Shown here in pieces: positions 27,259 to 36,918 of a DNA stretch of 64,000 nt; position 1 is the stretch's first letter; every line of letters begins with the position of its first letter. A program made the position numbers and the translations under genes. The DNA is from an uncultured virus (IMG/VR IMGVR_UViG_3300031250_000001) (Duplodnaviria > Heunggongvirae > Uroviricota > Caudoviricetes), in the IMG/VR virus record IMGVR_UViG_3300031250_000001. One strand, given 5' to 3'. The notes under the pieces are model-generated. The model searched no databases and was not told where the DNA came from. It worked only from the letters and a program-made list of their open reading frames with translations.

Positions 27259-27551
27259 AACCCGGCGACATCATCCGCATCGAGTGGGACAAGATCCCCG
27301 GGCCGCGCTGCATCACCGTCAACGATGAACCGTTGAACCTCGTCGCGTCTGCCAAGATCGAATGGCCGGGGGAAGTCGGCAACTACGGCCCCGCGCTGCT
27401 GACAATCCAGCAGCACATCCTCGGAGCGGACCGCCGTAGCGTCGAGCCCGCGCAGCACGTGACGCAGGGCTATCTCGTCCCGAAAGAACGCTACGACGCA
27501 TTCGCGCGCTGGGAGCTCGAACAGCGGCGCGCCGCCGGGAGCGAGTCGTGA
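27255..27551 (+). CDS. hypothetical protein
   Basis: GTGA-coupled at both ends. Confidence 0.55.
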   Translation: MKPGDIIRIEWDKIPGPRCITVNDEPLNLVASAKIEWPGEVGNYGPALLTIQQHILGADRRSVEPAQHVTQGYLVPKERYDAFARWELEQRRAAGSES

Positions 27552-27745
27552 CGCTCGCGCAGATCATCACCCAGGGCGCGTTCTACTTCGGCGGCTTGTT
27601 CATCGGCTTCCTGGCCGGCCGCTCCACCAAACGCGCCGACGTGCCGCAGGCGTTCCTCGACCGCATCAACACGCTCGACGCGCAGCTGAAAGCTCGTACC
27701 GCCGAGCTGGAGAAGGTCACCAAGGCGAACACGCCGAAACCCTAA
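27548..27745 (+). CDS. small TM + coiled-coil protein
   Basis: N-terminal TM, heptads, ends ANTPKP. Confidence 0.65.
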   Translation: MTLAQIITQGAFYFGGLFIGFLAGRSTKRADVPQAFLDRINTLDAQLKARTAELEKVTKANTPKP

Positions 27746-27789
27746 CCGTGTGCGCCGCGGCGCACCCTCAACCGAACAGGAGAACCACC

Positions 27790-28047
27790 ATGCCTACGCA
27801 AGACGATCTCAATGCCGCAGTCGCCAAGCTCGAAGCCGACGTCACGCCGCTGACCAGCGCCGAAGACGGCGTTGTGCAGACGCTGGTGACCGTCAAGGGC
27901 CTGTACGACGCAGCCGTTGCGGCCGGCGGCACGCCGCAAGAAATCATCGACCGCGTCAACGCCGTGTCGGCGACGCTCGAAGCGCGCGCGCAGACCATGG
28001 CGGCGGCGGCCGTAGCCAACACGCCGGCGCAGGCGCCCGCGGCCTAA
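27790..28047 (+). CDS. small Ala-rich coiled-coil protein
   Basis: AGGAG RBS; ends ANTPAQAPAA. Confidence 0.7.
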   Translation: MPTQDDLNAAVAKLEADVTPLTSAEDGVVQTLVTVKGLYDAAVAAGGTPQEIIDRVNAVSATLEARAQTMAAAAVANTPAQAPAA

Positions 28048-28085
28048 GCAAGCACCACAGCACCACGGTGGCGGAGGGGATGGGT

Positions 28086-31001
28086 ATGGCGCGGCGGCAG
28101 GTCTGGTGGCTTGTCGCCGCGCTGCTGGTGGCGGGGCGCGCGTTCGCGTCCACGCCGACCGACGTCGGCGCGAGCTTCACGAGCAGCGGCGCCACGGGAC
28201 AGCTTGCGGCCGACACCATCGCGGCGCGCGACCAAAACGCCAACGGACTGCCCAACTTCATCCGCCTCGACCACAACGCAACCGATGTCACGCCGAACCC
28301 GACCTGTGCCGCCTCGTGCAACACCGGGCAAGCCTGCCTGATCGACATCGACGAGTCGGCAACCGACACGTGGGTGCTGTGCGTCGGGACGTCGGACTTC
28401 TTTCACATTCCGAACACCGGCACGTCGGTCATCGGCGATGCGAAGCTGCTCGTCGGCACCGGCGCGAATACGGGCGCGTATGTCGCGGTCACGGGCGATG
28501 TCACGATCAACGATTCCGGCGTCACCGCAATCGGCAGCGACAAGGTCACCGCGCCCATGGTCGCCTTCAACTACGCCGGCTCGGCGAGCGAAGGCGGACC
28601 CGCAACGACCGCACTCGCGCTGAATGCGAACCCGACCGACTGCTCGGCGACGCAGTACGCCACAGCGATCGCCGCCTCCGGCAATCTCACGTGTGCGCAG
28701 CCGGCATTTTCCGATCTCTCGGGCAGCGCGACCGACGCGCAGATTCCGAACAGCATCACCGTCGACCTGGCGACCGCTGCAACCGCCTTGGCGGCCAATC
28801 CGACCGACTGTAGCGCGAGCCAATTCGCGACCACCATTGCCGCGAACGGCAACCTGACCTGCGCACAGCCCGCGTTCTCCGACCTGTCGGGCGCGGCCAC
28901 CGCAGCGCAGATGCCGAGCGGCACGAATACCACCACGTGGACGATCGACGCGGACGCGACTGGCACCGAGCCGGCCAACGGCGCGGGCCTGAAGATCGAA
29001 GGCGGCTCGGGTGACATCACGATCACCTACGACGCAACCGGCAACGATCTGGAATTCACCGGCGCAACTGGCGGCTACACGTTTGACGCCACGATCACCG
29101 GCAACCTGACGGGAGCCGTGACGGGCAACGCCTCGACGGCGACGGCCTTGGCGGCAAATCCCACGGATTGCTCAGCCAACCAGTTCGCCACGACGATTGC
29201 GGCAAGCGGCAATTTGACCTGCGCGCAGGTGGCGTTCAGCAACCTCTCTGGCTCAGCCACTGACGCGCAAATCCCCGACAACATCACGGTCACGCTCGCC
29301 GCGACCGCCACCGCGCTTGCCGCCAACGGCACCAACTGCTCCGCCGGGCAATATCCGCTCGGCGTCGATGCGTCTGGCAATGTCGAGGGCTGCACGGCGG
29401 ACCAGACCGGCGGCCCGTTCTCGTCGCTCACCAGCGGCACCAACACCGCCGCCGCCATGCTGGTCGGCTCGGGCGCCTCCCTCGGCACCACGGGTACCGG
29501 CACCATCACCGCAAGCGAGGTGACCTGCACGGGCTGCGTATCCACGACCGAAGTGGCAAGCGGCGTCACGATCGACACGAAGTGGGACACCGCAGCGGAG
29601 ATCAACGCGGCGACCACCGACGACGACTTCGTCACCCTGACCGGCACGCAGTCGATCAGCGGCAACAAGACCTTCAGTGGAACCGAGGTCTTCACCGCGG
29701 CCACGCTGCGCCCCCCGAATGGTTCGAGCGTGCCCGGCACCTGCACGGCTGGTGATGTCTACAACCTCCCAGCCGGCGGCCTCGGCGCGCGCCAGTACCT
29801 GTGCGTGGCGACCAACACATGGGCGGCCACAGACAACGCCTTCGGCTCGGAGATCGACGCAACCGAGATGGCGAACACGCTCACGTTCTCCGGCGCGCAG
29901 GTCATTGACCTGAACACGAACAGCGCGGCGATCAAGCTGCCGATCACGGCCAGTAGTCCGGCAAGTAACGGCGTCTTCGCCATCGATTCCACGTCTCCCT
30001 ACGAGCTGAAGTGGTACGCGGGTGGCGCGGTGCAGCGCCCCTATCCGCTCCTGGCCGGCCGCAGTAGCGGCCAGACCCTTGCCGGCGGCAACACCAGCGA
30101 CGGGAGCGACAACCAAGCCCTCAACACCTGCGCGGCGGGCGCCGTCAGCGACACACGCGGTGGCTGCATCCAGCACGAGGGGAACGAGGTCACCACCATC
30201 GGCGGCAGCCTGCTCCTGACCGCTGGTGACATCACGACTGGCGCCTTCAACGGCGACATCCTGCTCTACACCAACAACGGCGCGCTGTCGGTCTTCGGCG
30301 TGCCGGACTTCGGCGTCTACAACAACAATCGCGCCGGTTTCCAGGTCGCCTCGGGCGCGCTGCCGTCGTTCGATGTGTCGATCGGCGGCCAAGCGGCGCG
30401 CACGATCGGGCTCGAACGCCAGACGACGAGCAACACGGCTGGCAACGGTCTCACGATCAGTGCCAGCGCAGCGACCACGGGCGCCACCGACAAGAACGGC
30501 GGCACGCTGACGCTGCAGCCGGGTGTCCCGACCGGCCAGGGCAAGAGCCTCATCTCGCTGCAGACGCCGACCCGCGCGACCGCATCCGGCACGAGCGATC
30601 AGACGATGGTCGATCGGCTGGTGCTGGGCGGCAAGCGCATCCTGACCAACAACTCGGCGACCGCAGTGCTGAACGCGACGGCGGCAAGCGGGTCAACGGT
30701 TGCGGGCATCATCCACTACTCGGTGATCGTCACCAACGGCACCGATTACCAGGTCGAATCGGGGCAGGTGCATTACACCGGCGTCAACAAGGCCGGCACG
30801 GTCACCTCGACAGTCACCGAGACGGCCGCGAGCACGCAGACGCTCTCGACGGGGACGCTCACCAGCGCCTGGACGATCGGCACCGCCAATCCGGTGGTCG
30901 TGAGCGTCAATGCGAACTCCTCCCTGACCCCATCGACCGGCTATCCACTGCTGACGTTTTGGGTCGAGAACCTGGCTGACCAAGCGGTCGCTCTGCAGTG
31001 A
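28086..31001 (+). CDS. large fibre-like protein with signal peptide and Cys-pair repeats
   Basis: MARRQVWWLVAALLVAGRAFA/; TGDVTI..SGVTAI, LTGTQSISGNKTF, GNLTGAVTGNASTAT fibre motifs. Confidence 0.8.
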   Translation: MARRQVWWLVAALLVAGRAFASTPTDVGASFTSSGATGQLAADTIAARDQNANGLPNFIRLDHNATDVTPNPTCAASCNTGQACLIDIDESATDTWVLCVGTSDFFHIPNTGTSVIGDAKLLVGTGANTGAYVAVTGDVTINDSGVTAIGSDKVTAPMVAFNYAGSASEGGPATTALALNANPTDCSATQYATAIAASGNLTCAQPAFSDLSGSATDAQIPNSITVDLATAATALAANPTDCSASQFATTIAANGNLTCAQPAFSDLSGAATAAQMPSGTNTTTWTIDADATGTEPANGAGLKIEGGSGDITITYDATGNDLEFTGATGGYTFDATITGNLTGAVTGNASTATALAANPTDCSANQFATTIAASGNLTCAQVAFSNLSGSATDAQIPDNITVTLAATATALAANGTNCSAGQYPLGVDASGNVEGCTADQTGGPFSSLTSGTNTAAAMLVGSGASLGTTGTGTITASEVTCTGCVSTTEVASGVTIDTKWDTAAEINAATTDDDFVTLTGTQSISGNKTFSGTEVFTAATLRPPNGSSVPGTCTAGDVYNLPAGGLGARQYLCVATNTWAATDNAFGSEIDATEMANTLTFSGAQVIDLNTNSAAIKLPITASSPASNGVFAIDSTSPYELKWYAGGAVQRPYPLLAGRSSGQTLAGGNTSDGSDNQALNTCAAGAVSDTRGGCIQHEGNEVTTIGGSLLLTAGDITTGAFNGDILLYTNNGALSVFGVPDFGVYNNNRAGFQVASGALPSFDVSIGGQAARTIGLERQTTSNTAGNGLTISASAATTGATDKNGGTLTLQPGVPTGQGKSLISLQTPTRATASGTSDQTMVDRLVLGGKRILTNNSATAVLNATAASGSTVAGIIHYSVIVTNGTDYQVESGQVHYTGVNKAGTVTSTVTETAASTQTLSTGTLTSAWTIGTANPVVVSVNANSSLTPSTGYPLLTFWVENLADQAVALQ
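28602..29396 (+). repeat. ~55-aa intragenic repeats (3 full + 1 partial)
   Basis: ATALAANPTDCSA.QFATTIAA.GNLTCAQ.AFS.LSG.AT.AQ.P. Confidence 0.9.
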
Positions 31002-34000
31002 TGCGCGCCGTCGTTCTCATCGCTGCGCTGCTCATCTCGACCACCGCGCACGCCGTCACTACCAACCCGCCGAACTATCCATCCACCTGCGTCACCTACA
31101 ACACGTGCACGACCTCTGCGGATTGCCCCTCGTCGGCGACCTGCACCAGCGGCGCCTGCGTCGGTCGCACAGCCTGGACCAGCGCCAGTAACGCGCAGGC
31201 GTCCGACGACGCGCGTGCCTCCGCGAGTCTCGCCGCCTCCGCGCAGTCGCAGTGGCTGAAGTGCACGGGCTTCGGCTTCACCACCACCCCGCTCGACGAT
31301 GCGAAGGTCATCCAGGGCATCACCGCCGAGCTGGAGGTGCAGCAGGGCGGGCCGACCATCATCGTGCAGGACATTCGCGCGATCAAATCCGACGGCACGA
31401 TCGCGTCGACCAGTCGCGCGACCGGCACGGGCTGTGTCGGCGCATGGACCGGCGCGGACACGTTCAAGAGCTGCGGCGGCTCGTTCGATCTCTGGGGCGT
31501 GTCGTGGACGCCCGCCGACATTCGCGACACGGACTTCGGCATCGCCGTCAGTGTGCTGAACACCAACGCGACCACCACACGCGCCGCGCTGGTCGATGCG
31601 CTCCGCGTCTCGATTTCCTACAGCCCGCCGGCCGGCCGCGTCTTCGTCACTGGCTGGGACACGCAGACCGCGGAGGACGGGGTAGAAGTCGGCTCGCCGG
31701 AATACACCAGCGCGGCGGCCGTGCACGGCGCGGCGGGGCTGCACCTCAGCACCACGGCCAACACCGCCGAATCATGGAGCACGCCGGCAACGCTCGATGC
31801 GGATCTGTCTGACCGCGCCTATGCGCGCCTGTACTGGAAGACGACGCCGACCATCCCCGCCGGGCAGTCGGTGGTCGCGCTCACCATCAAGCAAGACAGC
31901 GAGATTGGCTGCTATCTCACGGTCGCCGTCGATAGCGCCGGGTGCTTCAGCTACCACCCGCAGTATCACGGCAAGGAGCCGGGCGATCTGGATTTCTCCA
32001 GTTACCCCGCCACCAATTCAGCGACGGTCAACTGCGCCAGCACACTCGCTGGCCATGCCGTCGAGATGGGGCAGATTCTCACGGCCGATACGGTCGCGTG
32101 CTCCCTGTATGTCGACGGCACACCGACCGAGACGTTCAGCCTGGATCTGAACGCGCCCGATAGCTGCGCCGGGAACGCCTGCGATATTGCGGGCGCCGGC
32201 ATTGGCTCGCCCGCAACCGGCGCGGTAGCCAACTACGCGAGCTTTCCCGCCTACACCCTCGACGTCGACGATTTCGTGGTCGACAACCTGCACCCGATCG
32301 GCGTCGGCTATCTCGAAGCGCTCTTCCCAAACGCCAACGGCAACACGATCAGCAACTGGTCGAACACCTGCGCGCCGAGCAGCACCGCCTGGGACTGCCT
32401 GAACGACTGGTCCGGCGGCGGAACGGCTACCAGCTGCACTGCCGGCGACACGCGCCAGAAGAGTGCCAGCACCGGCATCGACCAGTTCGGCCTGACGGAC
32501 CTGACGCCACTGGCCACCTCCGCGTCGGTCGCCTCGGTGCGCGGCGTGGTCAACTGCTGCGGCACGTCCTCGAGCGATAATATCCGGCTCTCGTGGCGCT
32601 CGAACGGCACCGACACGGTAGGGCCCAACGGGACCGTGGTGAGTAGCAGCGCCGGCACGATCCTCTCGCAGACGCTCGCCACCGACTTCGGCAGCGGGGA
32701 TGTCGCGTGGACCGAGTCGACCATTGACGCGTTGCAGCTCGGCTATGACCGCTGGTCGGCGGGCGCAAGCAACGTGCGCTGCACCGCCGCCATGGCGTAC
32801 ATCGATGTCACCACGCCAAGCCCGCAGGCCGACCGCAATGTGCAGGATCTCAACGGCGACGGCGTCGTGACCGTGGTCACCGGCTGCGACTCGATTACGC
32901 GCGGCACCAAGACGGGGACGTGTCTGTCAATCGACGGCACGAGTGCATGTACGGCCGCGTGCACCTCCGATGCGGACTGCGACGGCGGCGCCTGCGTCAG
33001 TGGCACCTGCTCGATGCAGTGCGAAACTTCCGCCGATTGCACCTGCGGCACCACGGCGCTGTGCCTGACCGCGCTCAACTGGGTCAATCAATTCTCAGTC
33101 AAGGCGCCACAGGTTACCAACCTGATCAACTGCGGGCGCGACACCATGCCCGCGCAGTGGTGGGGCTCGGTGCTGCCGGCAATCATCGCCGACCCGCATA
33201 GCCATGCGCCGCCCTGCCGCCTGATCCGTGGCGACTGGGGGCACTGCTCGGCGACCACCACGCAGTCCTGTGAGCTCGACGGCGATTGCCCGACCGGACA
33301 GACGTGCACGCGGTACGCGGCCGACTACGTCATCGACATCTGCGGGCTGAACGAGGCGATCGGTTACGGCATCGCGGAATGCACCGCGTCATCGAACATC
33401 TTCGGTCTGCAGGTGCCGGTCTTGAACGACCGCTGGTATCGCCAAGCCTGCCCCCTGGCGGCGACCACGCCGACCACCTACCAGGTGACGCGCAAGACGT
33501 GCACGGCCGACGCGGACTGCACTGGCGATAGCCACTACGGCACAGGCTCGAAATGCACCGGCTACTGCAGTGGGCATCAAGATCCAGTGTGGCCGTGCCA
33601 GTACGACGACCAATGCGGCCAGTGCACAAGCCCCTCGACGCAGAGCTGCTATCACCAGGGCACGTGCGTGAGCGGCGGCATCAACGTGGTGCAGTCGGGC
33701 CAGCACTACGAGCGGTGCAACGCGGACGGCGATTGCCCCTCGGGCACGTGCGTCTCGTACGAGTCGACCGACGGCACCTGGGACGATGCCTACGGCACGT
33801 GCGGGAATTGCCAGCACAATAACTGCGTCAGCGGCGGCACGAAGTACTGCACGCCGACCTGCGCCTCGATCACCTGCGCAACCGACGCGGACTGCTCGCC
33901 TGCCGGCGCCATGGGCGGTCTCTGCAACACGGGCACGGGCACCTGCTACGCCTGCGGGACCGGCTTCAACTACGCGATCGACACGAGCGCGGCGACGCAG

Positions 34001-34978
34001 CTCCTCGACGCCAAGCGGCTGGCAAGTTCACCCGGCGGGCTGCGCTCGGATCTGGAGGTCGCGCGCCAGCAGTCGATTACCGCAACCGTGCTCGCCGCCG
34101 GCGCGCACCGCATGCAGATGCCCTACGTCGAGTCATTCCAGATGGGCGCCGATGAGGAGATGGCGAACTATACGGTGCGGCTCGCCAAGGACATCCTGCG
34201 CACGGCGCCGATCGTCGCCGATACGCACTTCGCCTCGAAGTACGCCGATGACCGCATTGCGGGCGCGACCTTCGGCTCGCTGGTGTTCGACGGCATTCAC
34301 AACTTCATCGGCGGCGCGACCGAGACGAGCCGCATTGCCGCCGCGTCGTTCAATCGCCTCTATCCGGTCTGTTCGGGGGATACCTCGGACGTCTGCGGCT
34401 TCTGTGACGTCGCGTGCACGACGAACGCGGATTGCACCAAGCCGACGCCGGTGCCGACGGTCATCGGTGCCAGCCCGTCGCCAACGCCCGCGCCAACCTA
34501 CACCGCGCGAGCGGGTGCTTGCGGGACGCGCACGCCGGGTGTGAACGCCTGCGGCTGCTCGGTCGATAGCGATTGTGCGGCCGGTTTCACCTGCGAGGAC
34601 ATCGACCCCGGCGCCGGCACCGACAAGCGCTGCGTCGGGGAGCAGCTGAGCCTCTGCCCCGCAGGCGACAACACCCGCGCCCGCAAGCGGCCGGCCAAGG
34701 ATTCGCTGTGCGCATCGGGCACCTGCTCGCGCGAGATGGTGCCGCCGCTCTGCACGCGGCAGAAGACGCCCTGCAACACGACGGCGGACTGCCTCGGCTA
34801 CGACCACGGCGACGTGTGTGCCGCCGATGGCGTCTGGCAGGCGTGCGAGATCGATGCGGACTGCACCAGGGACGGCGGCCGGTATGCGGATCCTGTCTGC
34901 GCTGCGGCCACCCCCATCATCGGCACGTCACCGACCGCCAAGAGTCGCGTGTGTCAGCAGCCGACGCCGACGCCATGA
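31001..34978 (+). CDS. very large secreted Cys-rich protein with split SGNH-hydrolase-like domain
   Basis: Signal peptide (..TTAHA/); at least 11 CxxxxDC units; GCDSIT, CGLNE, DGIH motifs. Confidence 0.8.
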   Translation: MRAVVLIAALLISTTAHAVTTNPPNYPSTCVTYNTCTTSADCPSSATCTSGACVGRTAWTSASNAQASDDARASASLAASAQSQWLKCTGFGFTTTPLDDAKVIQGITAELEVQQGGPTIIVQDIRAIKSDGTIASTSRATGTGCVGAWTGADTFKSCGGSFDLWGVSWTPADIRDTDFGIAVSVLNTNATTTRAALVDALRVSISYSPPAGRVFVTGWDTQTAEDGVEVGSPEYTSAAAVHGAAGLHLSTTANTAESWSTPATLDADLSDRAYARLYWKTTPTIPAGQSVVALTIKQDSEIGCYLTVAVDSAGCFSYHPQYHGKEPGDLDFSSYPATNSATVNCASTLAGHAVEMGQILTADTVACSLYVDGTPTETFSLDLNAPDSCAGNACDIAGAGIGSPATGAVANYASFPAYTLDVDDFVVDNLHPIGVGYLEALFPNANGNTISNWSNTCAPSSTAWDCLNDWSGGGTATSCTAGDTRQKSASTGIDQFGLTDLTPLATSASVASVRGVVNCCGTSSSDNIRLSWRSNGTDTVGPNGTVVSSSAGTILSQTLATDFGSGDVAWTESTIDALQLGYDRWSAGASNVRCTAAMAYIDVTTPSPQADRNVQDLNGDGVVTVVTGCDSITRGTKTGTCLSIDGTSACTAACTSDADCDGGACVSGTCSMQCETSADCTCGTTALCLTALNWVNQFSVKAPQVTNLINCGRDTMPAQWWGSVLPAIIADPHSHAPPCRLIRGDWGHCSATTTQSCELDGDCPTGQTCTRYAADYVIDICGLNEAIGYGIAECTASSNIFGLQVPVLNDRWYRQACPLAATTPTTYQVTRKTCTADADCTGDSHYGTGSKCTGYCSGHQDPVWPCQYDDQCGQCTSPSTQSCYHQGTCVSGGINVVQSGQHYERCNADGDCPSGTCVSYESTDGTWDDAYGTCGNCQHNNCVSGGTKYCTPTCASITCATDADCSPAGAMGGLCNTGTGTCYACGTGFNYAIDTSAATQLLDAKRLASSPGGLRSDLEVARQQSITATVLAAGAHRMQMPYVESFQMGADEEMANYTVRLAKDILRTAPIVADTHFASKYADDRIAGATFGSLVFDGIHNFIGGATETSRIAAASFNRLYPVCSGDTSDVCGFCDVACTTNADCTKPTPVPTVIGASPSPTPAPTYTARAGACGTRTPGVNACGCSVDSDCAAGFTCEDIDPGAGTDKRCVGEQLSLCPAGDNTRARKRPAKDSLCASGTCSREMVPPLCTRQKTPCNTTADCLGYDHGDVCAADGVWQACEIDADCTRDGGRYADPVCAAATPIIGTSPTAKSRVCQQPTPTP

Positions 34979-34986
34979 GGTCATGA

Positions 34987-35631
34987 GTGTGGCGCTTCTC
35001 CGATATCAAGCTCCTGATCGCGACACTCTTCTTGCTGTCGCTCTTCGTTGCGATGCGCGCGCATGGCTTTTCGGGGCAGGGGTTCGATTGTCAGGGCTGC
35101 GACAGCGGCGACCTATTGCCGACCCATACCGTCACGGACACCCCAACCGCGACCTTGACCCCCACGGCAACCGACACGCCGCCGGTGGGCTCGACCGCGA
35201 CCAACACGGGGACGGTCACCAACACGCCGACCGATACCGGCACCGTGACCAACACCCCAACGCGCACCTTCACCAAAACGCCGACGCCGACGGCAACCAA
35301 TACGAACACGCCGGTCGATACGAATACGGCGACGGCGACGTGGACCTATACGCGGACCGAGACACAGACGGTCACGGATACGCCGACCAGGACCGCGACG
35401 GCGACGTTCACGCCGCTACCGACCAACACGCCGACGCCGACGCCGCTTGCCAGCAATACGCCGACCGTGGGGACGCCCGGTATCACGCCGCGGCTCCTCT
35501 TCGGCATGGAGCGCTCGCGGCGCTTCGAGGTCGATCGGCGACGTGTATGGGATCGCGCCCAACCCGATCGGCAATTTTATGCGGAACGACGGCACTGGTG
35601 GGAGTTCTCGCGACGGAGGTGGTTTGAATGA
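34987..35631 (+). CDS. secreted Thr/Pro-rich (mucin-like) protein with Arg/aromatic C-terminus
   Basis: Signal peptide; long T-P-T-x-T run; ends [14 protein letters not shown]. Confidence 0.75.
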   Translation: MWRFSDIKLLIATLFLLSLFVAMRAHGFSGQGFDCQGCDSGDLLPTHTVTDTPTATLTPTATDTPPVGSTATNTGTVTNTPTDTGTVTNTPTRTFTKTPTPTATNTNTPVDTNTATATWTYTRTETQTVTDTPTRTATATFTPLPTNTPTPTPLASNTPTVGTPGITPRLLFGMERSRRFEVDRRRVWDRAQPDRQFYAERRHWWEFSRRRWFE

Positions 35632-36056
35632 CGCGTATACTCTGGGTCGCGCTGCTGGTGCCAGCGCTTGCGGTTGCACAGCCGGCGCCACCGCAAAAGC
35701 CGACCAACGGCATCGTGATGGACCCGGTCGAGATTGACAGTTTCGGCTGCCGATTTGTTGCGCGCTCGCTCGTCGACACCGGCTCGCAGCCGGCGAACTG
35801 GATCACGGTGACTGAGACCGGCACGCCGCGAAACGACGGGGCGCCGAGTGCGATCTTGACCGCCTCGAGCACAAGCGGCACCGACGCCGCCTTTACGCTC
35901 TCCCCCGATCAGGGCTGCGCCGTCAGCGGCTGCCGCACCGGGAAGAGTTACGAGATTCGCATCCGCCCGCTCGATAGCGACGGCAACCGCCCGCTGTGCG
36001 TGGTTGGTCTGCATGTGCAGCGCGGGGCGGTGGTTGGAGGAGGAACGACGCCATGA
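35628..36056 (+). CDS. signal-peptide-bearing protein resembling phage fibre-tail adaptors
   Basis: [17 protein letters not shown]/; MDP.E..SF...G.SYEI.I...DSDGN pattern. Confidence 0.55.
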   Translation: MTRILWVALLVPALAVAQPAPPQKPTNGIVMDPVEIDSFGCRFVARSLVDTGSQPANWITVTETGTPRNDGAPSAILTASSTSGTDAAFTLSPDQGCAVSGCRTGKSYEIRIRPLDSDGNRPLCVVGLHVQRGAVVGGGTTP

Positions 36057-36433
36057 GCGTTAACGATGCACTACGCGCCACTGTGACCACGACTCCCGAT
36101 AGCGGCGTCGTGGTGTCGACAACCGGCGTCACTATCGCACCGGCCGACTATCCGCTCGTCATCCAAGCCGGACAGAGCTGGGCGTTCTATCTCGGCTGGA
36201 ACCGGGAAGGGCAGCCGGTCGACACCAGCGCCGGCACGCCGACGTTCACCATGGCCGCGGTCGCCGGCACGGTGGTGGTCACCGGGACTGGTGGCGCGGC
36301 CTACATGGCGTTCGCACGCACCCCGACGCAGTCTGCGGCGCTGCCGTTTGTGCGGGCCGCATACACGCTCGACTACAGTGAAGGCGGCACGGTGACGCGA
36401 CTCCTCGCGTCCGTGGTGGATGTGGAGCGATGA
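36053..36433 (+). CDS. virion adaptor-like protein (BppU-N-like pattern)
   Basis: LVIQAGQSW...W...G.PVD..., TQSA.L...Y.L......V.RLL...V.V. Confidence 0.55.
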   Translation: MSVNDALRATVTTTPDSGVVVSTTGVTIAPADYPLVIQAGQSWAFYLGWNREGQPVDTSAGTPTFTMAAVAGTVVVTGTGGAAYMAFARTPTQSAALPFVRAAYTLDYSEGGTVTRLLASVVDVER

Positions 36434-36918
36434 AATCCCCATCATACAAGCGCGGACGTGCTCGGGGTGAGCCTCGCCTCTCCGCACGATGCATCCAAGC
36501 AAAGCTCGACGCGCATAAGGCGATGGAGCTGAAACTTGCCGGGAAGACGTGGCGCGCCATTGGCCGTGAGCTCAACCGCACCGCCGGTGCTGTCTTTAAG
36601 GCCGTCGACAACCTGTTGCGCGAAATGGACCAGGAGAAGCGCGAGATCCTGCGGGCGATCGAGAATGAACGACTGGACCGGATGCACGAGGCCATCTGGG
36701 AGCGCGTCGTCGCCGGCGAGGATGATGCGATTGAAATTGCCGTGAAGATCAGTGCGCGCCGCGCGCGCATGAACGGGCTCGATGCACCGGCGGTGCACGA
36801 GTTGAGCGGGCCGGGTGGCGGTCCGCTTGAGGTGGCGGAGGCGGATGCAACGCGACAAAAACTCGTTGATCGAATCGCTCGCGTCTCTGGACGCGACGAC
36901 TCGACACGCGATCATTGA
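36430..36918 (+). CDS. terS: terminase small subunit (putative)
   Basis: HTH (G.TW.AI.REL), RRARMNGLDAP..ELSGPGGGP; directly upstream of terL. Confidence 0.75.
   Translation: MKSPSYKRGRARGEPRLSARCIQAKLDAHKAMELKLAGKTWRAIGRELNRTAGAVFKAVDNLLREMDQEKREILRAIENERLDRMHEAIWERVVAGEDDAIEIAVKISARRARMNGLDAPAVHELSGPGGGPLEVAEADATRQKLVDRIARVSGRDDSTRDH

Noticed and set aside
28602..29396. Near-identical repeats as DGR template/variable regions
   Set aside because: No reverse transcriptase in window and differences are not adenine-specific
35118..35475. Repetitive ACG/CCG-rich DNA suggesting a CRISPR or tandem array
   Set aside because: Explained by Thr/Pro codons; no fixed repeat-spacer structure; no cas genes
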